Of a DNA stretch of 64,000 nt, positions 1-7,961 are shown piece by piece. Origin of the DNA: Spirochaetia bacterium (GTDB lineage Bacteria; Spirochaetota; Spirochaetia; SZUA-6; Bin103); the NCBI GenBank assembly GCA_965198005.1, contig CBDAOI010000002.1, forward strand, positions 800,001-864,000, written 5' to 3'. Both the position numbers and the translations under genes were made by a program. The notes beneath the pieces are model-generated. The model had not been told where the DNA came from. It searched no databases and saw nothing but the letters and a program-made list of their open reading frames with translations. Each line of letters begins with the position of its first letter. Within the stretch, counting starts at the first letter, position 1.

Positions 1-1
1 C

Positions 2-199
2 CATGGGACGACGCCGGCATTCATCAAGGAATGGGTCCACCGAACGGTGCAGATCGCCACGCAGGGACTCGGCAGTGACGCCAAACTGTCCCTGTCGAAC
101 GCCAACTTCCAGGAAGCCTTCGATGAGATGAAGCAGGCGTCGAACGGATCGTCGGGGCGCATCCTCGGGTTCCTGGAGGGGCAAGGAGTACCGGCATGA
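2..199 (+). CDS. C-terminal end of a probable AAA+ ATPase (lid region), running in from the left edge
   Basis: Frame 2 is open from the window edge: HGTTPAFIKEWVHRTVQIA...NFQEAFDEMKQASNGSSGRILGF...*. This resembles AAA+ lid helices ending in an 'RILGF' tail. The stop overlaps the next ATG (ATGA). Confidence 0.45.
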   Translation, partial: HGTTPAFIKEWVHRTVQIATQGLGSDAKLSLSNANFQEAFDEMKQASNGSSGRILGFLEGQGVPA

Positions 200-276
200 A
201 GCCCAACATTCTGTTGGTGATCACCGACCAGCAGCGCGCCGATGCTCCGCACTTCAACCACCTGGCCGAGAGCTGA
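196..276 (+). pseudogene. Sulfatase N-terminal fragment
   Basis: AAGGAG RBS, then MKPNILLVITDQQRADA (typical sulfatase start PNIL.I..DQ.R.D). It stops after 26 codons. Confidence 0.6.
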
Positions 277-288
277 TCGCGTGCTCGA

Positions 289-1101
289 TCAGGCGCTTGC
301 GGTCAGGGCTTGCCGGAGAGCGCCGATCTCGGCGTTGGCCAGGCCGATCCGGGCCAGGTAGCTGGTCACGTCTCGGTACTGGGAGCGCAGCCAGAACAGG
401 AAGATCGGCATCAGCTCGCCGGGACAGAAGCGTGCCGCGTAGTCCGCCTCGTCGGCCACCGGGAGTGGTTGGTCGCGGTACGCGCGCTGCCTCAGCATAC
501 GCCGGAACTGGTTGCGCGCGGTGTGGGTGTAATCGGCCGCGATCGCCAGGTCGGGCACCCCGGCGAGGAGCAGCAGCAGGGCGCTGATCACGCCGGTACG
601 GTCCTTGCCCGCCTCGCAGTGGTACACCGCCGGCGTCGCCTGCGGCCGTGCCAGCAGGCGCAGGATCGCCCGGAGCTGGGATTGGCGCCGCTCCAGCCAG
701 CGGCAATAGATGCGCAGATGGGAGAACAGGGGGAGCGCGGCGTAGCGGGAGTCCTCGTCCGCGTCGCGCCAGCTCACGTCGAGCACGTCACCCGCCACGG
801 AGTACTGATCGCCGCTCATGTCCAGGTGGTGGTAGGCCACCGCCCGGTGCCTGCGCAGCGGGTTGGGCGGCGTGTGCACCCACTCCGCCTGGCGCAGATC
901 GATCACCGTCCGCACCCCGAGCCGCAGCAGCGCGTCGACCCCGTCGGCGGAGAGGTTGGCGAGATTATCGGCGCGGTAGAACCGCCCGCGGGCAACGGTG
1001 CCGCCGTCGTGACGCGGCAGGCCGCCGAGATCGCGCATGTTGCAGATCCCGTCGGCCGTGACCATCCGCGGCGCGGTCAACTCCTCGTAGCTGGGCAGCA
1101 C
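289..1101 (-). CDS. Tyrosine-protein phosphatase (Y_phosphatase3 / PtpB / IphP-like)
   Basis: NMRDLGG N-terminal motif, VIDLR, and P-loop HCEAGKDRTG. Confidence 0.9.
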   Translation of the reverse strand: MLPSYEELTAPRMVTADGICNMRDLGGLPRHDGGTVARGRFYRADNLANLSADGVDALLRLGVRTVIDLRQAEWVHTPPNPLRRHRAVAYHHLDMSGDQYSVAGDVLDVSWRDADEDSRYAALPLFSHLRIYCRWLERRQSQLRAILRLLARPQATPAVYHCEAGKDRTGVISALLLLLAGVPDLAIAADYTHTARNQFRRMLRQRAYRDQPLPVADEADYAARFCPGELMPIFLFWLRSQYRDVTSYLARIGLANAEIGALRQALTASA

Positions 1102-1105
1102 GCGC

Positions 1106-1372
1106 TTATTCTGGGTGTACTAGCGCCAAGCCCGTGACGCATGCGAAGTGGGCGTCGTTGGTGAGCAGCCGCGCGCCGGTCTGTAACGCGTGGGCGGCGA
1201 CCCAGACATCGTTCACCGGGATCGGTGTTCCAGCCTTGCGCAGCCCGGCGGCAACCCATCCAAACCGATTGCAGGTCTCCATGGTAAAAAACGACGTGTC
1301 ACGTCGCTCTGCCACCTCGCGAAGCCGGCGTTCAAGCTCTTGATCGAGATTCCAGATTGTCAGTTGCTCCAC
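1106..1372 (-). pseudogene. In-frame deletion fusion of an antitoxin N-terminus to a VapC/PIN toxin C-terminus
   Basis: [27 protein letters not shown] (ribbon-helix-helix, FitA-like) is joined directly to TMETCNRFGWVAAGLRKAGTPIPVNDVWVAAHALQTGARLLTNDAHF (VapC C-terminal half). Confidence 0.75.
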
Positions 1373-1523
1373 GTGAGCGGAACCTACATCAAATGTCGAC
1401 TCTTAGCAAGTCATCCTTGACTGGACGCTTTGACGGCGTTGGAGGCATGTTTTCATCACCGGTCTTTCACCGCAGGACAGCCCAGAGCTTTGGCGGCGGC
1501 AGGCCAGCGCGTCAGCGCGCTCA

Positions 1524-2170
1524 CTACGCCATGCTCAGGTCGGCATGCTGGCGGCCGGGGGGAGCCGCCGTCCGTGCCACGCCCGGCTGCTCAACGCGGC
1601 TCACCGCTGGCCGTGGAGGAGCCGAGCCGTACCTGGCGCAGCGCGGGTCCCGCTGCCGGTTATGAACCGCACAATGTAGTCTCAGATTGGCGAGGTCGTC
1701 ACTCCCGCCCAGGGCCCTGGGGACGATGTGATCGATCTGCAGCAGGTGGGTGGAGCCGCAGATCATGCCGGTATGCGGATCCCGGTAGCAGCAAGCGGCC
1801 CCGTACCTCCGCCACACCGCGCGCCGCACGGCGGCCGGAATGTGCCCCCGCTTGCGGCGCTCGCCGCCGGACTGCCGCGCCTCCGCTGCCAAGTCTGGCT
1901 GATCGGGCTGCGTCCCGGTGCGGACAAGCTTGCTCGGCGGCCACGGCACGCTCCGGTTCTGCGGCGAACCAAGCGTTCGGTGCTGGGACTGGCTGCCGGC
2001 GCGGTCGTGGTCTGCTGCCGGCGCTCCCCGGTTCTGCGCCGAACCAGGCGTCTCGCGTCGAGCTTGGCCACTGCCGCGGTCTGCCGGCGACGCTCCATGC
2101 TTAGGCGGTAAACCGAGCGTCTCGCGCCGGACGTGGCCGCCGTCGCGGTCTGCCGCCGCCGTTGCCGTAA
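1524..2170 (-). pseudogene. 5'-truncated HNH endonuclease with a repetitive linker
   Basis: HIPAAVRRAVWRR..ACCY..CGSTHLLQIDHIVPRALGGSDDLANLRLHCAVHN is an HNH motif. The frame stays open upstream through the repeats to the junction with a permease fragment near 2170. Confidence 0.7.
1953..2130. repeat. Three degenerate tandem repeats (period about 69-75 bp)
   Basis: cggttctgcggcgaaccaagcgt / cggttctgcgccgaaccaggcgt / tgcttaggcggtaaaccgagcgt. On the minus strand they encode TLGSPQNR / TPGSAQNR / TLGLPPKH in frame with the HNH domain. Confidence 0.5.
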
Positions 2171-2491
2171 ATGGCTCCGATGATCGTCATTTTCAGCATC
2201 TCCATCGGCGACATCATCCTGTCGGAGGCATCTCTCAGCTTCCTCGGATTCGGCCTGCCTCCTGATGTTGCCAGCTGGGGCGGTATGCTGAGCCGAGACG
2301 GGCGCAAATACATGGAGGCGAAACCTGTGCTGGCGTTGTTGCCGGGGCTTGCCCTTGCGACGGTGATCTACGGTGTCAACATGTTCGGCGATGCGGTACG
2401 GGACCTGCTTGATCCGCGACTCACGGGCGGCCGCGGGAGTGCAGTGGGCCGCTACGGACGGGCAACAGCGAAGAGGGCCACAAACTCGTGA
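2171..2491 (+). pseudogene. Peptide ABC permease (DppC/OppC-type) C-terminal fragment
   Basis: ILSEASLSFLGFGLPPDVASWGGMLS...PGLALATVIYGVNMFGDAVRDLLDPRL. The N-terminal two thirds are absent. Confidence 0.85.
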
Positions 2492-2540
2492 CACTCATCG
2501 CGTTCCCGCGAATCACGGGGGATCGGATAGGATGGGGGGC

Positions 2541-3863
2541 ATGGCGGTAGCGGCGGGGCAGGCGGGGATCGACCGCATTCTGGAGCGGGTGCCGTTGCCG
2601 GCGGTGGTGCCGGTGCGGCAGGAGTTGGCGTCTTCCCCGATTCGGGACCTGACGGCAAGCATGCACGCGGCGCTGGCGCGCGGGGGGCTGGCGGACATGG
2701 TGCGGCCGGGGCAGCGGGTCGCGGTGGCGGTGGGCAGCCGCGGCATTGCCAATCTGGCGAGGCTGGTACGGCTGCTGGTGGCCGAGCTGCGGCGGCTGGG
2801 GACGCAGCCGTTCGTGATTCCGGCGATGGGCAGCCATGGCGGCGCCACCGCGGACGGCCAGCGGCAGGTGCTGGCGCACCTGGGGGTCACCGAGGACGGG
2901 GTCGGGGCCCCGGTCCGGGCCACCATGGACGTAGTCGGCCTGGGCGAGGCGGCGCCGGGCCTCGCCGCCTGGTGCGACAAGTTCGCGCTCGAGGCCGACG
3001 CCACCCTGATCCTGAACCGGGTCAAACCGCACAGTTCGTTCCGCGGGCGCTACGAGAGCGGGCTGCTCAAGCTGGCCGCGATCGGGCTCGGCAAGCAGCA
3101 GGGCGCCGAGACCTGCCATACGCTCGGCTTCGGGCGGCTGGCCGAGCGCGTGGCCGCGGTCGGGCAGGCGGTGCTGGCGCGCGCCAACGTGGCCGGCGGC
3201 CTGGCGGTGGTCGAGAACGCGCTCCATCAGACCCACCACCTGGAGCTGGTCCCGGCCGCCGCGATTCCGGAGCGCGAGCCGCAGTTGCTGGCCCTGGCCT
3301 GGGAGCTCTACCCGGAGCTGCCGTTCGACGAGCTGGACGTGCTGGTGATCGGCCGGATCGGCAAGGACATCAGCGGCACCGGGTTCGACCCCAACGTGGT
3401 CGGGCGCTACAGCACCGAGTACGCCAGCGGCGGACCGGCCATCGGCCGCATCGCCGTGCTCGACGCCACGCCCCGCACCGGCGGCAACGTCAACGGCATC
3501 GGAATCGTGGACGTCACCACCCGCCGCCTGTTCGACAAGCTCAGCTTCGCCGAGACCTATCCGAACGCGCTCACCTCGACCGCCACCCAGACGGTGAAGA
3601 TCCCGATGGTGATGGCCAACGACCGGCAGGCGATCCGGGCGGCGATCCGCACCAGCACGCTGCCCGACCCCGCCGCGGTCCGGCTGGCGTGGGTCCGCGA
3701 CACCCTGTCGCTGGACCGGCTCCTGGTGTCGGCCAACCTCGCCGCCACGGTGGACGCCCGCCCCGGCGTGACGGTTACCGGTGCGCCGCGCCCGCTGCGG
3801 TTCGATGCCGCCGGCGCGCTACTCGAAGACGATGGTGTAGTCGAGCGGCTGGTCGAGCACTAA
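2541..3863 (+). CDS. Lactate racemase (LarA)-like N-terminal domain protein, DUF2088 type
   Basis: VAVGSRGIAN, PAMGSHGGAT, NRVKPH, ESGLLK..AIGLGKQ.GA and GKDISGTGFD motifs. Start placed at the ATG 7 nt after a TAGGAT -10-like hexamer. Confidence 0.8.
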   Translation: MAVAAGQAGIDRILERVPLPAVVPVRQELASSPIRDLTASMHAALARGGLADMVRPGQRVAVAVGSRGIANLARLVRLLVAELRRLGTQPFVIPAMGSHGGATADGQRQVLAHLGVTEDGVGAPVRATMDVVGLGEAAPGLAAWCDKFALEADATLILNRVKPHSSFRGRYESGLLKLAAIGLGKQQGAETCHTLGFGRLAERVAAVGQAVLARANVAGGLAVVENALHQTHHLELVPAAAIPEREPQLLALAWELYPELPFDELDVLVIGRIGKDISGTGFDPNVVGRYSTEYASGGPAIGRIAVLDATPRTGGNVNGIGIVDVTTRRLFDKLSFAETYPNALTSTATQTVKIPMVMANDRQAIRAAIRTSTLPDPAAVRLAWVRDTLSLDRLLVSANLAATVDARPGVTVTGAPRPLRFDAAGALLEDDGVVERLVEH

Positions 3864-4589
3864 GATCCGCAGCAGCGGGATGGTGATCACGATCGAACCG
3901 TCCGACTGCAACTCGCCGCCCTGCTGATCGATCACCCGCCCCTCGACCTTGACCGTCACGGTCACCGCCGACTCGTTTACCGCGTCCGGTCCCCCCTCGC
4001 CGAGCACGAAGGCGATCATCTCCAGGTACTCCGGATCGGTCACCTCCAGGTCGGGCTGCGGGCCGAGACCGACCAGCAGCGGGTTATCCAGCGCCGGAAA
4101 CAAGGTGGTGAGCTGGTGATAGTTGTCCCCGGACAAGTGGACCCGCAACGTGCGCCGCGGGTCGCCGGTCAGCGAGATCACGGGCATCACGCCGGCCTCG
4201 GCCGCGGCCTCGGTCGAGTACTCCAGCACCGACGCCAGATCGTCGAACGCCAACCGCACCTCCAGCCGCTCGGGCGTGGGGCTGGCGACCCATTCCAGGT
4301 GCACGCCGGGCCGTTCGTTGACCGCCTCGGTCAGCTCCTCCAGGTCGAACACGGTGCCGGACTCCTGCTCGGCGTCGCCCGACACCTCGGCCAGGGTCAG
4401 CAGATACTCGACGAACAGCCGCTGCAGCACCACCCGGATCTCGGCCGCGCCCGATCCGCTCAGGCGCACCTCCACCTGCTGCTCGACGTTGCAGCCGGTG
4501 GCGGCGATGGCGGCCAGGCACGCGAGCCCGGCAACCACGCGCCGGACGGTCCGGCCGGTACGACTGCGAACTACCCGCGCGCCACTCAT
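3819..4589 (-). CDS. Hypothetical lipoprotein
   Basis: Basic N-terminus, hydrophobic stretch and lipobox-like ATGC. ATGA overlap with the M20 gene; acidic mature part. Confidence 0.65.
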   Translation of the reverse strand: MSGARVVRSRTGRTVRRVVAGLACLAAIAATGCNVEQQVEVRLSGSGAAEIRVVLQRLFVEYLLTLAEVSGDAEQESGTVFDLEELTEAVNERPGVHLEWVASPTPERLEVRLAFDDLASVLEYSTEAAAEAGVMPVISLTGDPRRTLRVHLSGDNYHQLTTLFPALDNPLLVGLGPQPDLEVTDPEYLEMIAFVLGEGGPDAVNESAVTVTVKVEGRVIDQQGGELQSDGSIVITIPLLRILVLDQPLDYTIVFE

Positions 4590-5959
4590 GCCGCGGCCGC
4601 CAATTCGTGCAGAATCATGCAATACGCCTCCTGGGCGCGGCGAAAACTGGCCAACCGGAAGAACTCGTCCGGCCCGTGGGCGCCCTCATCGTCGAGTGCG
4701 AAGGAAAAACCGATGGTGTGGACCCCGAGCTGCTCCAGCAGCAGGCCGCAGATCGGGATGCTGCCGCCGGAGCCGGTGTGCAGCGGCGGCGTCCCGTAGA
4801 GACGCTCCAGCACCGCCGCCGCGGCCCGGTTGCCGGGGTGGTCGGGGGACACCGCGTAGGGGGCGCCGTGCACGGCGCTGGGCTGGCAGCGCACCTGCAC
4901 GCCGGCCGGCGCCCGGCGCTGCAGATGGTCCACCACCAACTCCAGGATCCGCCGCGGCTCCTGGTCGGCCACCAGCCGGCAGGTAAGCTTGGCGTGCGCG
5001 GCGGCGGGCAGCACCGTCTTGGCGCCGGCGCCCTGGAATCCTCCCCACATGCCGTTCACCTCCAGGGTGGGCCGCACCCATGCCCGTTCGTAGGTCGACC
5101 AGCCGGCCTCGCCGTACAGCGCGGGCGCGCCGGTGGCGCGCAGATGGGCCGCCGCGTCGAACGGCACCAGCGCGTAGCGCCGGCGCTGCTCCGGGGACGG
5201 TTCCACCACGTCGTCGTAGAAGCCGGGCACGGTGACCCGGCCGGCGCCGTCGTGCAGGCCGGCGATCAGCTCGGCCAGCGCGTGCAGCGGGTTGCGCACG
5301 GTGCCGCCGTAGATGCCGGAGTGCAGGTCGGCGGCGGGGCCGCTGACGTCCACCTGCAGCGCACAGATGCCGCGCAACGAGAGCAGCAGGGTGGGCTCCC
5401 GCTCGCTCCACTGCGCGCCGTCCGCCGACAGCACCAGGTCGCACGCCAGCAGCTCGCCGTGGCCGGCGATGAACGGCGCCAACTCGGGGCTGCCGATCTC
5501 CTCCTGCCCCTCGAACAGGAACTTGACGTTGACCGGCAGCGTCCCGGCGCTGCGCAGCAGCGCCTCCACGGCCGCGATCGGGGCGAACATGTTGCCCTTG
5601 TCGTCAGACGCCCCGCGCGCGTAGACGCGGTCGGCGGTCAGCCGCGGCTCGAACGGCGGCGTGGACCAGCCATCCTCCTCGGCGGCCGGTTGCACGTCGA
5701 AGTGGCCGTAGATCAGCAGCGTCGGTGCGCCCGCGGCGGCGTGCAGCCAGTCGCCGTACACCACGGGGTGGCCGCCGGTGGACAACGTCCGCACGTGCTC
5801 CAGGCCGGCCGCCGTCAGGCGTTGATGCACCCAGGCCGCGGCCGCGACGACATCGCCGGCATGCTCGGGCTGGGCGCTGACGCTGGGAATCCGAATGAAG
5901 GCGAGCAACTCGTGAAGCAGGCGATCCTGCTGCTCGCGCAGATAGTCGTTCCAAGTCAT
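4586..5959 (-). CDS. M20 family dipeptidase (ArgE/DapE/CNDP-like)
   Basis: YGHFDVQP, ARGASDDKG, EGQEEIGS, DLHSG and AHGPDEFF motifs. Confidence 0.92.
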   Translation of the reverse strand: MTWNDYLREQQDRLLHELLAFIRIPSVSAQPEHAGDVVAAAAWVHQRLTAAGLEHVRTLSTGGHPVVYGDWLHAAAGAPTLLIYGHFDVQPAAEEDGWSTPPFEPRLTADRVYARGASDDKGNMFAPIAAVEALLRSAGTLPVNVKFLFEGQEEIGSPELAPFIAGHGELLACDLVLSADGAQWSEREPTLLLSLRGICALQVDVSGPAADLHSGIYGGTVRNPLHALAELIAGLHDGAGRVTVPGFYDDVVEPSPEQRRRYALVPFDAAAHLRATGAPALYGEAGWSTYERAWVRPTLEVNGMWGGFQGAGAKTVLPAAAHAKLTCRLVADQEPRRILELVVDHLQRRAPAGVQVRCQPSAVHGAPYAVSPDHPGNRAAAAVLERLYGTPPLHTGSGGSIPICGLLLEQLGVHTIGFSFALDDEGAHGPDEFFRLASFRRAQEAYCMILHELAAAA

Positions 5960-6008
5960 GGTGCGGCGGCGCCGTTCGGCGCGGTCGCGCTTAGGATACA
6001 CTGTCGGG

Positions 6009-7961
6009 GTGAACAGGCTCAACACGCTCAATCAACCGGATCAACCGGATCAACCGTCCCGACCGGCGCCACCGGCACAACCGGCCCAGCCGGCTACCCC
6101 GGACCGGCTGCCCGAGACCTGGGACCTGGAGCAGATTTTCCCCGGCGGATCGGCCTCGCCCCGGTTCGCCGAGTTCCTGCTGCAGCTCGAACGCGAGATC
6201 GCCGCCCTGGGGCCGGCGGCGGCGGAGCTGGCCGCGGCGCCGGCGGACGCGCTGCCGCAGGCCTGGGCGGCGGTGGTCGAGGCGTGGCAGCGGCGCGCCG
6301 CGGAGCTGACCCAGGCCTACGGCTTCGTGGAATGTCTGGCCGCGGCGGATACGGCCGACGCGCGCGCCACCCAGCTCGGCGGGCGGCTGGACGCGCTGGA
6401 TGCGGCGCTCAAGAACGTCGAGGCCGCCATCGACCAGCGGCTGCTGGCCCTGGCCGACGGCGCATGGCCGCGGCTCATCGGTGCGGCGGAGCTGGCGCCG
6501 GTGGCCTATTTCCTGCGCCGCCAGCGCGCCCTGGCGCGGCGCAAGATGGACCACGCGCGCGAGACGCTGGCGGAGACCCTGGCCACCAACGGCTACCATG
6601 CCTGGAGCCGGTTGTACGACAAGCTGGCCGGCTCGCTGCGCGCCGACCTCACCGAGCGCAACCAGACCCGCAGCCTCTCGATCGGCCAGCTCGTGCACCG
6701 TCTGGAGGATCCCGACGGCGGGGTGCGCGCCGCCGCGTTCCGGAGCCTGGAGAGCGCTTGGCGTTCGGTGCAGGACCTGGCGGCCATGGCGCTCAACAGC
6801 CAGGCGGGGTTCCGGCTCAGCCTCTACGCAGGCCGCGGCTGGGACTCGGTCCTGTGGGAGCCGCTGCAGGTCAACCACCTGCGGCGCGAGACGCTGGACG
6901 CCATGTGGTCGGCGGTGGCGCGCACGAGCGGCGCGCTGGTGCCCTACCTGCAGGCCAAGGCGGACCTGCTGGGCGTCGACCGCATGCGCTGGGCGGATCT
7001 GGTGGCGCCGGTCGGGCGCGCCCCCGCCGCGGCCGCCCGCGCCGGCGGTCCCGCGGGCGACGGCGCCGCCGCCGGCGACCGTCCTGACCGGCGGTTCACC
7101 TACGCCGCCGCCGCCGACTACGTCATCCGGCAGTTCGGCGCCTTCAGCGGCGACCTGGAGCAGTTCGCGCGGCGCGCCTTCGCCGGCCGCTGGATCGAGG
7201 CGGAGGACCGCGCCGGCAAGGCCGCGGGCGGCTTCTGCACCGACCTGCCACTGAGCCGGCAGACCCGCATCTTCACGACCTTCGGCGGCACCTTCGGCGG
7301 CGTCACCACGCTGGCGCACGAGCTGGGACACGCCTACCACGCCTGGCTGCTGCGCGCGCGGCCCTACTTCGCCACCCTGTATCCCATGGCGCTGGCCGAG
7401 ACCGCCAGCACTTTCTGCGAGACGCTGGTGATGGACGCGGCGCTGGACGCGGCCGACCCGGCCGAGGAGCTGACCCTGCTCGGCAACATCGGCGACGAAG
7501 CGGTGATGATGCTGATGAACCTGCGCGCCCGGTACCTGTTCGAGTGCGCCTTCTTCGCCCGCCGCGCGGACGGTCCGCTGACCGCGGACGAGCTGAGCGA
7601 GCTGATGGTGGAGGCGCAACGCGAGGCGTACTGCGACGGACTGGCCGCGGACGGCTACCATCCGCTGTTCTGGGCATCGAAGCTGCACTTCTACATCACC
7701 AGCACGCCGTTCTACAACTTTCCCTACGTGTTCGGCTATCTGTTCAGCAACGGGCTGTCGGCGCGCGCCCGCGCCGAGGGAGCCGGCTTCGCCCGCGCCT
7801 ACGCCCGGCTGCTGGAGGACACCGGCAGCATGACCTGCGAGCACCTGGCGCACCGCCACCTGGGCGTGGACCTGAGCGCACCGCAGTTCTGGGAGGAGGC
7901 GGTCGAGCGGGTGCTGGAGGTGGTGCCGCGCTTCGTGCGCGCGGCCGCCGGCCGGCGGTGA
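6009..7961 (+). CDS. pepF: Oligoendopeptidase F (peptidase M3B)
   Basis: WDLEQIFPGG N-terminus, K.AGGFC, zinc motif HELGH, LAETAS, and KLHFY..FYNFPYVFG. Confidence 0.9.
   Translation: MNRLNTLNQPDQPDQPSRPAPPAQPAQPATPDRLPETWDLEQIFPGGSASPRFAEFLLQLEREIAALGPAAAELAAAPADALPQAWAAVVEAWQRRAAELTQAYGFVECLAAADTADARATQLGGRLDALDAALKNVEAAIDQRLLALADGAWPRLIGAAELAPVAYFLRRQRALARRKMDHARETLAETLATNGYHAWSRLYDKLAGSLRADLTERNQTRSLSIGQLVHRLEDPDGGVRAAAFRSLESAWRSVQDLAAMALNSQAGFRLSLYAGRGWDSVLWEPLQVNHLRRETLDAMWSAVARTSGALVPYLQAKADLLGVDRMRWADLVAPVGRAPAAAARAGGPAGDGAAAGDRPDRRFTYAAAADYVIRQFGAFSGDLEQFARRAFAGRWIEAEDRAGKAAGGFCTDLPLSRQTRIFTTFGGTFGGVTTLAHELGHAYHAWLLRARPYFATLYPMALAETASTFCETLVMDAALDAADPAEELTLLGNIGDEAVMMLMNLRARYLFECAFFARRADGPLTADELSELMVEAQREAYCDGLAADGYHPLFWASKLHFYITSTPFYNFPYVFGYLFSNGLSARARAEGAGFARAYARLLEDTGSMTCEHLAHRHLGVDLSAPQFWEEAVERVLEVVPRFVRAAAGRR

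Noticed and set aside
1526-1539. 14-bp match ACGCCATGCTCAGG shared with about 24447
   Set aside because: Several 14-mer matches are expected by chance in 64 kb, the flanks do not align, and no element structure is visible.
1953-2130. Repeats as a CRISPR array
   Set aside because: The units are degenerate, have no unique spacers of regular length, stay in frame with the HNH domain, and no cas genes are present.
4607-7087. Many long overlapping ORFs (for example 4607-7087, 8270-10423, 33020-35443, 48973-51030, 56701-58920)
   Set aside because: They are shadow frames of high-GC genes: Arg/Gly/Pro-rich or antisense, without family motifs.
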